64,000 nucleotides of DNA from Diplonema japonicum (GCA_964019335.1 OZ025648.1:1127309-1191308), one strand, 5' to 3'. Numbered from the stretch's first letter, positions 51,289 to 62,070 are shown. Notes: generated by a model from the letters alone, not told the origin. Made by a program: numbers and translations.

Positions 51289-53550
51289 ATGCTCGGCACT
51301 TTGGTAACGTTGTATGCTCTGGGCATCGTGGGTGACGGGTCTAGCGAATGCTCGGTGTTTACATTCAATGGATTTTCAGATGTTCGGTACGAAGGGGTGT
51401 TTAGCGAGGAAGACGAGCTGCACACGAAGGATGGGTGGTACGTGTTTTGGTGTGACAAGAAGCAAGTTTGGGGCATAGGAAAGGAGAGTGAAAAGGAACA
51501 GAACGACAGGGGCGCCTGTTTGGCAGGTGCGATATGGGCAGGAGGCACTGTGTTCGAGCCTGCGAAGTACGACGTCAACTGGCACGAGGTCGTGGGCAGC
51601 ACGTGGGTACGAAGGAACATATCAATCATCTGCGTTCGTACGGAGGTGGTTGTCAACATAGCCGTTGAGCCCGTACTAGACCCCTCTCATGTTGTTTATA
51701 AAAGCATAGTGAACGATATCCTTGTTCAGCCAATCGCACAGAATTCCTCGGAACGTACTGTTTACCCCACCTTTGCTTCCCCTTATACACTTGTGCTCGA
51801 GTACTTTCCACAGATAGTGCTGCATCCTGCTTCCATCGTCAGTACATTGCCTGCGTCATTTGGTGATTATGTTCTCCGCTACTCGGCTTCTGTGACCTAC
51901 CGCCCTGATCTCCCTGCAACAACGTCGCCTACTATTGTCAGCACCCCCGTGCCTTCTCCCACTGCCCTCCCTTCTAGTGACGATGAAGTCAAGTTTCTTA
52001 TCCCTGTGATCGTAACAGGCTGCGGGATATTGCTTTTTCTCGTAATCTTGCGATGCATAGCAAAGAGCATTGAGTTAAAGCACGAGCGGGAGATGAGAAA
52101 GATGAAGGCCGCGGTCATCTCTGTTGACGATCATCCTTGCCCGATGGAGATAATAGACACCAAGCAGGAGATAGGAATGTTGTCCTTGTCTTCAATGTGC
52201 TCTGAAAAAGAGGCAACCGCCTCAGGCCAAGCGGAAGGCCTGTCGCCGTGCCCCTCAAGCTACAGTGACGAGTCGAGTATTAGCGAACTGGTGAGTTGCA
52301 CACCTGAAGACATCTGCTTGCAAGCGAGTATAACTGGGCATACAATACCCAAAACCCTTTCGGTGAGATCCCGTCTCTTTCCGATGACGACCTTTGAATT
52401 GAAAGAGCAGGGGGTTGGTGACGAGAACTCCTCGTGGGAATCGGACAGCGGTACTGTAATCACCTCCACCTTGGATGGACGCTGGTCTATCGCGGGTGTC
52501 CTTTTATCAAAGGAACCGCACTACTCAGGCCTCCCGCACACTATTAAAATGTGGACAAACAAGGATCGCTCGGAAGAAGACGTGGTAGCTTTTGACCTGA
52601 CGTGGTCTACGGCCCCTTCTAAACTGTGGGTTGTTGTCCCACTCCTTCCAGAAGTGGACAGCGTGTACAAATACAGATCCGAGCTCAGGGGGCACCCCAT
52701 TTGGCAGGGGAACAGCTGGACCATATACACGGACGACAACGGACATTGGAAAATAGGCGATCTCATCAGCGGTGCAGGCTATGTAAAATCCATCTCGCCG
52801 CACAATGGAAAGGAACCCCACGAGATTGAGCATTGGTGCCGAGCGCCTATAAAGTCTGGAGAAGCAAACTGGATGGAAGATGCTGACATTCAAGTGTCAG
52901 CTGTCAAAATAAGAAAAAAGAGAAAGGCGTTGCAGGTGTCGCTTTGGGTAGATTGCGAGAGCCCTAGTTTGCAGCACGTAAATAGTAAGTACACATCGAC
53001 GAAGCAAGAAGGCGAAGGAGAGTGGATATGCATTAATGAAAAGTACAAGATAATAGATGATGAAGGCAAGTGGTGCCTCTGCGATAGCGATGGTACCCCA
53101 ATCCTCCGCACAGTTGAGCCACACAACGGGGCAGCTCCGACCCACTCCAAGCAGTGGTCATCGAAGGGCCCCGACTTCACGGTGTCGGATAAGTCCATCC
53201 ATGTTGGGAAGACAACACGGCCTCTCGTGTCGATAGCTTCTCAAGAGTTGCAGAAGTATACCTTAACCTGTACAATAGAGGCCTACAGCAACATAAACGG
53301 GTGCTACATTCGCTCTGGGAAGCACAACCGACAGCCACTGTGGGTTAAAGGCGCAGTTTCTATTTTTTCAGACGCATCTGGACATTGGAAAGTTGGGTCT
53401 TACGAGGAGGGCACTGGTGTTCTGAAGTCAGCCGCTAAACACGAATCAGCATTACCTCACACGGTGGCCGAGTGGATGAGGTCGCCACTTGAAGAAAGCG
53501 AGACAACATGGGTCGTTCTCGATAAGGACGTCATAAAGATAGAAGAGTAG
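51289..53550 (+). CDS. Single-pass membrane protein with four tandem Trp/His modules after the TM segment
   Basis: Hydrophobic N-terminus, S/T/P stalk, TM FLIPVIVTGCGILLFLVIL, then four repeats of G.W.i..(PH/KH)...P....W. Confidence 0.8.
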   Translation: MLGTLVTLYALGIVGDGSSECSVFTFNGFSDVRYEGVFSEEDELHTKDGWYVFWCDKKQVWGIGKESEKEQNDRGACLAGAIWAGGTVFEPAKYDVNWHEVVGSTWVRRNISIICVRTEVVVNIAVEPVLDPSHVVYKSIVNDILVQPIAQNSSERTVYPTFASPYTLVLEYFPQIVLHPASIVSTLPASFGDYVLRYSASVTYRPDLPATTSPTIVSTPVPSPTALPSSDDEVKFLIPVIVTGCGILLFLVILRCIAKSIELKHEREMRKMKAAVISVDDHPCPMEIIDTKQEIGMLSLSSMCSEKEATASGQAEGLSPCPSSYSDESSISELVSCTPEDICLQASITGHTIPKTLSVRSRLFPMTTFELKEQGVGDENSSWESDSGTVITSTLDGRWSIAGVLLSKEPHYSGLPHTIKMWTNKDRSEEDVVAFDLTWSTAPSKLWVVVPLLPEVDSVYKYRSELRGHPIWQGNSWTIYTDDNGHWKIGDLISGAGYVKSISPHNGKEPHEIEHWCRAPIKSGEANWMEDADIQVSAVKIRKKRKALQVSLWVDCESPSLQHVNSKYTSTKQEGEGEWICINEKYKIIDDEGKWCLCDSDGTPILRTVEPHNGAAPTHSKQWSSKGPDFTVSDKSIHVGKTTRPLVSIASQELQKYTLTCTIEAYSNINGCYIRSGKHNRQPLWVKGAVSIFSDASGHWKVGSYEEGTGVLKSAAKHESALPHTVAEWMRSPLEESETTWVVLDKDVIKIEE

Positions 53551-53660
53551 GCCGCGCAAAGGTTTTTCCAAGCCTCAGTTTGTATATATATGGCTGCAGC
53601 AGTGCTCAGAACTTTGTGTTTTGGTTCCAACAGTTCAGTTTTCATAAAGGTACATTGAAA

Positions 53661-54551
53661 ATGGAAATAGAAAGCAAGCGTTTAAGGGAGTTGAAAGCCA
53701 TCCGTGAAAAGGCTAAAAACGTACTTCGGCGCAGTGAAATAGATGAAGAAAGGGACCTGTACGAGGATATATTGCTGAAGATCAACGAAAAGATTCGAAA
53801 CGAGAGAAAAAAGGCACAGAGAGTGTCAAAGAAAATAGGACTGGGTGGAACCTCCGGGCATGACAGGGGATGTTGTGGGGTAATGGAAGTGATGCAAAGC
53901 CAACATCCCCTTGGGGTTGGCTACGGGGTTGTGTGGAGCCCAACGATGATGAACTTGCAGAAGGTGAGGAAGCCTGTGCTTGATGTAATTGTGAGCCTAA
54001 CCGCACTTTTCCAAGCAATCGAAACCCAAATGATGAACACCGGTGCAACTGATGGGTACTCAATGACCCAGCCTGCTCCTCATGAGCACGCGAACATGCT
54101 GCAAATCCTCGAGTCACTCGGTCACAACCATACACCTAAAGGGACTCTTGAAGTTCTGTGTTTCACAGTACTGCACTTGTTAGGAAACCTCTCAGTGTAC
54201 CCATCACATCTATCACACCCAAACCCACAGCTGCAGTACTTCATCACCTGCCATGCAGTACGCCTTACGGATACCCAATTGGATATTTTTTCAAAGCATC
54301 TCTCTGCGTGTCCTTATGTCACAGGATGTCCTCGCACAACTGCCCCTCACGCAGCAACAGTCCCACTCGGGGACACGCACTTAGCGCAACACCATGTTAG
54401 CCCTCGTGAAACTGCAGCTGCATTCATTGATACGGGTTCTCCAGACCCTCCGCAACAACAACCACGTGTACATGTAAAGTCGTCACGGACAGGCGTCACA
54501 GAAGGACTGCTGAACAGAGTCGGCAATGCCCTTGACGAATTTGATTTTTAG
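53661..54551 (+). CDS. Hypothetical protein with N-terminal coiled coil; candidate in-frame intron 54195-54230
   Basis: ORF fills the gap in the cluster. GTGTAC...AAACCCACAG (36 nt, CA-rich) resembles the window's introns. Confidence 0.6.
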   Translation: MEIESKRLRELKAIREKAKNVLRRSEIDEERDLYEDILLKINEKIRNERKKAQRVSKKIGLGGTSGHDRGCCGVMEVMQSQHPLGVGYGVVWSPTMMNLQKVRKPVLDVIVSLTALFQAIETQMMNTGATDGYSMTQPAPHEHANMLQILESLGHNHTPKGTLEVLCFTVLHLLGNLSVYPSHLSHPNPQLQYFITCHAVRLTDTQLDIFSKHLSACPYVTGCPRTTAPHAATVPLGDTHLAQHHVSPRETAAAFIDTGSPDPPQQQPRVHVKSSRTGVTEGLLNRVGNALDEFDF

Positions 54552-54664
54552 TTTGAATGTATTTTACTTTTGAAAAAGTCCCTGGTAGTATAGAGGTCAT
54601 TACCCGGCGGTGAGATGTTGTTTTATCATATTATCTTTATTAAAAGTTCCCAAGAGCATATACC

Positions 54665-55739
54665 ATGGCTGACCAGTTAGTGGACGTTTTGGGCATCAAC
54701 GCGGTGCAGGCACGCAATCTGCTGGATGCTTCCGGCGGCAATGTATGAGTCAAAGTTAACTACCAAGATAACACAGGTGCAACAAGCTATGAATTTGTAT
54801 TTGTCATCGCAGTCTTCCCCTCAACCAGGAGCTAGCACAGCAGCGCCTGTTGCGGCACCCGCCCAGGCACCTCCTCCCGCCATGGAGGCACCAGCGGAAG
54901 AGGAGGGGGAAGAAGAGTACGCAATTACAGAGCCTGGGAAAACCATCAGGGTGAGGATTGTTGGCCCCAACGGGCAGCATGATATGTCCATTGACGAAGG
55001 GATGCCTGTAGGTCTGTTCATGAAGGAGGTGGGGACAAAGACGGAGGTGCCTAGCAACGCTGTCAGGATTCTGATGGGGTTCCCCCCTAAGCCTCTTGAC
55101 TTGAGTGACAGGAAAAAGACATTGAAAATGCTTGGCGTGCAGTCTGGAGAGAAGCTAACGGTGCAAAAGGGGGAGGCCGGTAGTGTGGTGAAGGGGAACT
55201 TGGGAGGCAAGTACATCCCACCAACGGATTCGAAGAACAGCTTCACGAAGCGAGAGATGCCGGGGGACAACAGCTGCTTGTTCCACGCGTGCAACTACGT
55301 TCTGAACAACAAGACAAGAGGTTCGCCTGTTGAGATGCGCAACAAGATTGCTGAGATAGTCCTTTCCAACCCTGCTAAGTACACGACAGAGTTCTTAGAG
55401 CAGCCGAATGCGTACTATGCAGAGTGGATCAAACAGAAGGACACGTGGGGGGGTGCCATCGAGTTGTCCATTTTGTCGTTTTTGCACCAAACAGAAATTG
55501 TTGCACTGGATGTGCAGACGAAGAGATGCTACCAGTACGGCGAAGGCGAAAACTACACCACCAGGTGCTTCATCTTATATTCAGGGAAGCATTATGACGC
55601 CATGTCCATGGCAGAGTACGGGGGAGCGCCTGATGCTAATGACAAGGTGCAGTTCTCCACTACTGACGCCAACGTGTTTAAAAAGGCCAGGGACTTCATC
55701 GATATGGAACACAAAAGGGCTCTAGCCAACCCCCAGTGA
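54665..55739 (+). CDS. OTU1: OTU1/YOD1-like deubiquitinase with N-terminal UBA-like and UBX-like domains; intron 54743-54776
   Basis: Exon 1 MADQLVDVLGINAVQARNLLDASGGN joins VQQAMNLYL across a 34-nt intron; ILMGFPPKPL; catalytic GDNSCLF, WGGAIEL, HYD. Confidence 0.9.
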
Positions 55740-55974
55740 GGCATATTTATTCTTGTCCCTAGCTTCCCTCTTTTTTTAGATCTAGAAGTGTTGCATACAA
55801 TTGTTTAAAAAAGTATTTTACCGGATTTAAAATAATTCTGAGTGTTATGCCAGAAGACCTTTATTTTATTGCGTTTCTTTTACTCTTGGGTGGCCGAATT
55901 TTTTAAAGCATTTGATCTTTCCCATTAAGCTAAGAATCTAAGATCTAAGTGCAATGTACCTCAGGCCTTACAAG

Positions 55975-57151
55975 ATGAGCGACTCGAAGGACATTAGATG
56001 GAAGTTGTTTGCCGGTATTTCGGTCATCGGCTTCGTGCTGTTGTTCTTTCTTGGGTATAACTTGGGGAGCTTAAATGAAGAGTCCAGGGCCAGCAGTATT
56101 CAAGCCAAGCTGAACAAAGCGCACGAGCTGGCCAAGGGAAGGATGATGAGATGTAAAAAGGCGAACCAGGACTTGAAGAAAGGGATCAGGGCGAAGAACA
56201 GTGACCTGCACGTGGTGAATCAGGACCTTGAGGCCCTGCAGATGGAGAACGAAATGTTCGAGGAGACGGAGAAAGACCTGGAAGAAAGCCTTGGTGACTG
56301 CAGGACTCTTGTCGTAAAGACACAGAACTCTGAGCAGAACTTGGCCAAGGTATCCAAGAACACAATAATACAAATGACTCATTCAGACTATCGAGGACTA
56401 CCAGCGTAAGATTGTAGAGCTTGAGCTTCTAGTTGGATCCTCTGACTGTATGCTGCATACACCAACACCAACACCATATCACCACAGCATCGCAAGCAAT
56501 GGAAGTAAAGGTCATGAAAGGCCAAATTCGTGCGCTGCGTCTAGAGAACGAGGCGCTGAGGATCAGGAAGCTGCAGAGAGACAAGATCATCAGCCGAAAG
56601 AAGAAAGAAGTGGAAGAGTGGAACAGGAAGAAGGAAGAGGATTCTAAAAAGAAAGAACTGGAGAACCTGGATGCTGAGATTAAGAAGAGCCAGGAGGTAT
56701 GTTGGAGTTAAGATCTCGGTACACATTTACACAGGTCCTGGTTAACGAGTTGGAAGACAGGACAACAGAGAAAGAAGAAGAGGACAGAAAGGTAAGAGTG
56801 GTCACTAGTGAGGCCAAGGAGGACAGGCGCAGACAGGCGAGATACGAGGAATATGACGACGAGCCAGTTAGAAGAGTGAGATCTAGAGATGACGAGGATG
56901 TGGCACCTCCCCCTAGGAGGAGGTACGTGAAAGAGGATGACCGTGAATACAACGGGAAGGAGGAGTCAAAGAGGAGGCACAGGGAAGACGACGACGAGCC
57001 GGTCAGGGCAGTCAGGAGAGCAAGAGATTTCGAAGAAGTTCCTAAGAGAAGAATTGCTGAAGACCAGTTTGATGAACTGGAGGAGAAGCCCACGCGCCCC
57101 AGAAGGATCCGCTCCGATGTGGAGGAAGAGGCTGACCTGAGGAGGGCTTAG
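55975..57151 (+). CDS. Type II membrane coiled-coil protein; introns 56350-56386, 56448-56487 and 56697-56734
   Basis: TM segment LFAGISVIGFVLLFFLGYNL. Three GTAT...CAG introns (37, 40, 38 nt) join three ORF-track fragments and a short extra exon into one frame ending in an R/D/E-rich tail. Confidence 0.8.
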
Positions 57152-57462
57152 GTGTAAGTGTAATTGAGTGTTTGAAAAAAAACAACAACAGGGGAAGAAA
57201 AGAACGGGGGGGAACAAAAGAGAAAAAAAAGCTCAGTCTTCTTAAGTGGCTTTTTGAAAAATGTATGCACCCAAAGCATGCCGCGAGAAGTTGATGGGTT
57301 AGCTCCTTTTTCACTTCTTGCCCATCGGTTTTTTTTCTATTTTGCGGTGCAGATCGGATCTGCTGCGGGTTCTTTGTGTTTTTTTCTTCTTTTCAATCTC
57401 TATTTGGATTTCAATTTTTGTTTTCCAGTTAGGATAGGGTTGGGGATTGAAAAAATAGAACA

Positions 57463-58632
57463 ATGCAAAAATTCTTCAAGAAGAAGAAATCCGTGAAGCA
57501 AACCACTATCGAGGAAGACATGAACGATTGGGAGCTAGTAGACGAGACAGGTGAGTGCACGAACTACACGCTTGACCAGGACAAGACTCCGTACGCCAAG
57601 CTGTTCGACCTGCAAGAGAGAGTATCAAGGTCTGACTTTGAGAACTTGAAGCTCTTGGGCAAGGGTGCGAGTGGCGTGGTCCTATTGGTGAAGTACAAGA
57701 AGACCGGCCAGCTGTTTGCACTCAAGGTGTTGAGCAAGACGGACGTGTTAAAGAACGGGAGGGCTTCCGATCCGGTGAGGGAGAGGGACATCATGAAGAT
57801 GGCAAACTTTGATTTCTTGGTAAAGATGCACTACTGCTTCCAGTCTACATCGAAGTTGTTCTTTGTTCTAGACTACATGCCTGGTGGGGACCTGTATGAC
57901 TACACTGGCACGCTGGAGGGAGGACACTTTGACGAGAAGACAGCAAGGTACTACGCAGCGTGCGTCTACATGGCGCTGCAGCATCTGCACGAGAACGGGA
58001 TTGTGTACAGAGACTTGAAGCCTGAAAATGTGCTGCTCGACGAGAATGGAAATGCGAAGCTTGCGGATTTCGGGCTTTCTAAGCAACTCTACGATTCTGA
58101 AACAGATGAGAACGAGCGGGCAAAGTCATTCGTGGGGACGGCCTTCTACATCGCACCCGAAATCTTATACAAAAAAGCGTATTCCTTCACCGTAGACTGG
58201 TGGTCGTTCGGCGTGCTGGTGTTCAACCTGCTGACGGGCGAGAATCCATTCTACGGAGATTCTGTGAATGAGATCTTCACTGCTATCTTAAAAGAGGAAC
58301 CTGTTGTGCGCTCCTGTTACAAGGTCTCCGACAGCGCTAGGGACCTGATCAGAGGCCTGCTCACCAAGGATGAGACCAAGCGTTTCGCAGGACCGGAAGT
58401 GAAAAAGCACGCGTGGTTCGCAGGGTTCGACTGGGACAGCTTGGGGAAGAAGCGTGCTCCCAAGTGGGCGCCTCCTGAGGATATGATCACCACGGAGCTG
58501 GCAAAGGATCTGCACGGGAAGACGATGCAAGGCGACTCTTTCTCCATGGGCAAGTCCTTGTCAGAGATGCAGCAAAAGATGTTCGAGAACTTCACGTTGG
58601 ACAACACGGCGGATGAGCCGGCGATGAAATGA
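57463..58632 (+). CDS. AGC-family Ser/Thr kinase (Akt/SGK/S6K-like, no PH domain)
   Basis: LGKGASG, FALK, YRDLKPEN, DFG, SFVGTAFYIAPE, VDWWSFG, hydrophobic motif FENFT. Confidence 0.92.
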   Translation: MQKFFKKKKSVKQTTIEEDMNDWELVDETGECTNYTLDQDKTPYAKLFDLQERVSRSDFENLKLLGKGASGVVLLVKYKKTGQLFALKVLSKTDVLKNGRASDPVRERDIMKMANFDFLVKMHYCFQSTSKLFFVLDYMPGGDLYDYTGTLEGGHFDEKTARYYAACVYMALQHLHENGIVYRDLKPENVLLDENGNAKLADFGLSKQLYDSETDENERAKSFVGTAFYIAPEILYKKAYSFTVDWWSFGVLVFNLLTGENPFYGDSVNEIFTAILKEEPVVRSCYKVSDSARDLIRGLLTKDETKRFAGPEVKKHAWFAGFDWDSLGKKRAPKWAPPEDMITTELAKDLHGKTMQGDSFSMGKSLSEMQQKMFENFTLDNTADEPAMK

Positions 58633-60689
58633 AACCACTGCAGGTATTGCGTGGGACAGTCATCTGAAGCCTCGTTTTGATCTCATTTCTCAATCCCCGG
58701 CCCCTTCCTTTCTTTTATGTGTTGTGTTAACGTGCCAGCTGAAGAGAGCGCCCCATCTATGAGTGTCTTGTACGCGGTCTCACGGGGTCGTGGGATGCTT
58801 GTTACGAAGTACGGGAAAAAATAAGAATGGTTCCTCCACCTTCCCCGCCCCTTTATATACCTCGCCCTCCACCTTTCCTGCGAAGTACACGCAACTCCCA
58901 GCCACCAGTGTCGAATGATGAATTAGAGACGCACATCGGTACTTCAAATGTTTTCCTGATTCTTTTTGTTTTATTTTGGCGGGGTTGCTGATCATGAAGG
59001 AGGAATTGTGTACCTTTACGTGTGCTCAGAAAACTATTTGCAGCAGCACCTCAGGACGATCTGATTTTAGTGGATTGTGTTTGACTGCGTGTTAAGCTGA
59101 ATCCTCCGCGGTGTATGTAGTCTTGCGCGTAGAAAAATAATTTCTTGCTGGTGGGTTGTTGCTATCACTTCTCATCATGGTGGTTTCTTCTTCTTCTTTT
59201 TCCTCTTTTTTTTTTTATATCTCCAATTTCACCCTTCTTGGTCTTTCCTGCATTCTGTTCGGTTTCTATTGTTTCTTCGAATGCCACCGATGAGAGTCAC
59301 ATGCTGCCACAGGTTCCAAAAGAAAACATGCAACTCGAAGCTTCAACGGAAATTCAGCCGGCAAGCTCTTCAGTTATTCTTGCACTACTTTTAGTAAATG
59401 CGTTGACAATTGAGAGCTCTCAGGTGCTGAACAGGCCATCCAATGGTACGCATGATGTGTTCGAAGAAAATGCTTGGGCGTCCTTTTCCGAGACTCAAAT
59501 TAACATGAGAACTGAAAAAGCCAAGAGGCCCGCGGAAATGCAGAAACCGAAGAGGGACACCTCAAAACCCACGAAATTAGAAATCCAGGCCGTCAGGAGC
59601 AAATATGCTTGCAGACCCAAAGCTGCAGGTAATGCCTTCCAGCGTGCGAGGCTGGCCGACTAGAAAAAAAAAGAAGCAAAAAAAAAAAGAAAAAGAGTTT
59701 CACCTCGCAATGATATCCCCGTCCTTTACCCTAACCTTTTGTTGGCGTGTGGGTTTCTTTAACTCCCTTCTTGCTCTGTTCTTATCTAATTGACGTCACT
59801 CATGATAAGCTACGAATTCTTTACTTCCTCCTCCCTAAATAATTTTTTCATTTGCGGTCAAATATCGCAACCTCGACTTTTCACATGTTTCGAATAAACC
59901 TCTTTCAGATAAAACAACTATGAAAGAAAAAAGGATGTCCGCGTAGCAGTGTTGCTAGGTGTGCTTGCGTGGACGGAGGCGTGTCTAATCTTGGTTACCC
60001 CCGGCTAGGGTTGAGTTGTACACCGCACGCATTAAGGACACAACGCGGAACGCAGAAGAAGCTACTACTCGGCCGAGGAGCACCCCCTGTAATCAAGTAG
60101 ACTGCTCCTGCAAACCCGCAAATTTAAAAAAAAAAAAAGGGAAGGGAAGGGAAGGGACCCCCCCCCCCCCTGTCCTACAGCAACCCGCCCCCTAAAAGAA
60201 AAAAATAGGCGGCAGGCAGTCGAACGCTGCGTGTGTGGTGTTGCTGTGTGGGTTGTCGGTGCTGTGCTGCTGCTGTGCGCGCTGTCTGGTGTTTCTCTCC
60301 CTCCTCCCGCCCCCAAGTCCCGGCGCTCAGCTCCACTAGCGTCTCACAAACCCACGGGGGACAAAATCCAACTCACAGCCTTCACGTGGCGTCCCCTGTA
60401 AGTAAGCTTCGGCTGAAACTAATGTGAGAGGTACCCAAGCTGTGGTGTGTGTGTGTGTGTGAACCTTGCCGGGGCTAGATTTAGAGCGGGCCCTGTTACC
60501 CATTCGCCCTGTCCTTGGTAAGCCTTGATGGTCGGAGGGGGTAAGGTAGCTGGTGTGTGCGTGGTTCCCCCCTGTGCTGTGTATCTGCTTTCGTTGTGAC
60601 CGTTGCTGAATACGAAGTAGAAAAAAAAAAGTAAACAAAACAAAAAAAAGAAAGCAACAACAAAAAAATGAAAAGGTTCTTTAGGGAAG

Positions 60690-60692
60690 GGG

Positions 60693-60732
<40 letters not shown>

Positions 60733-60924
60733 AAAAGAAAGAGAAGAAAGCAATTGATTGTCTGCTTCTCTTCTCCCTCTCTATTTTTACTTTTATTTTT
60801 ATTTATTTTTAATTTTATTTTATTCAAAGGGTGCCCCAACCGGCTTCCTTTCAATCATCGAGCTTATTTTCATTTTTATTTTTAATTTTAGTTTAAATTG
60901 TGTTTTATTTTTAGTTTTATTTTT

Positions 60925-60955
<31 letters not shown>

Positions 60956-60958
60956 CTT

Positions 60959-61035
<77 letters not shown>

Positions 61036-61052
61036 CTTTTTTTTTTTTTTTC
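60690..61052. repeat. Long poly(A) tract followed by a ~125-nt nearly pure poly(T) tract
   Basis: A-run about 60693-60730; T-run about 60927-61051. Lengths may be affected by assembly error. Confidence 0.85.
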
Positions 61053-62070
61053 CGCACCCAAAAGGGGTGCCAAAATGGGGCTGGACGGACGCAGATGCCT
61101 ACAGGGGGTTTTTGTAAGTTTGAAAACCGAAAATTCCGGATGCAAATTTGGCTCCGCGGTGTTCTTGGTGTTCAGGCTCCCTGTCTGCCAGGGCTGGCCC
61201 ACCATGGCTGTTTTCACCGCCTTCCTTGGGGCCGTAGGTCTTTTGTTATTTCCCTAAACTCCTTCTCCTTGGCTTTTTTTTTTCTTGGCGTCCGCCGTAA
61301 AATTGGTGATATTTTGATAAACAAGAGAGGTATGTATGGGGGAAAAAGTGCATGCTCAGTGTTGGGGGGGGTCCGGAATAGTGGTTTTATCCGCCTCTTT
61401 TCACCCATGGGACGGAAAAGCCCCCGCCTTGCCGATCGCGATGGAAGACACGGTTTATGGTTCCCATGCCCCCCACCGGATCGTCTTCTACTCCTCTTTT
61501 CACTTTTTTTATTTTTTTACTAGTAAATTAAAACTTCTCTAACAAGGCGGGAGAAAAAAAAAAATCTGGCATGCACAAAAAAGTGGTGATAAAGATTCGA
61601 GTTCGTGAATCACTTATCGATAGAGGAGAAAAAGGTCTCTTTCTTCTCTTTAATTTTTCTCTTTTTCAAACCTCCTTTGATGATAAAATAAAAATTTAAA
61701 ATTTGGTTGCCGTTCTCTTTCCTTGTTTTTCCTTTTATTTTCTCGGCGAACCTGATGCAAAATATAATAAACTAGGGAGGAATGAATCTTTTCTTTTCTT
61801 TTCTTTTTTTTTTTCGAGGGGGGGTAGGGTTGGGAGAAAGAAAATAAAGAAAAGAAAAATAAAAAGAAAATAAAAGATATATGAATTGAAGGGAGTCTTT
61901 GTGAGACGCCCTCTCGTCCTCTTCGTCTTCCTGCACCTTTCCCCTTTCTGCAGCGGTTTCTCCTCCGTTGGTGGTCTTGCCGTCCTTCCCCAGCCCGGCC
62001 TGAAAAAAAGAAAAAATTTGGGAAGGCTTCCATAGGTCACCAGCTATGGAAGCCCGCCTGATAAACCCAC

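Noticed and set aside
9265-55739. Apparent clustering of ubiquitin-system genes (two F-box, UBL, Vps23, TRAF, OTU1)
   Set aside because: Large eukaryotic families interspersed with unrelated genes; no evidence of functional clustering.
558-58607. Numerous minus-strand and alternate-frame ORFs overlapping the called genes
   Set aside because: Shadows of real + strand coding sequence; none shows a recognisable domain.
59145-59663. 172-aa + strand ORF (possible ATG at 59301)
   Set aside because: N-terminal part is T-tract translation, no domain recognised; cannot be supported without expression data.
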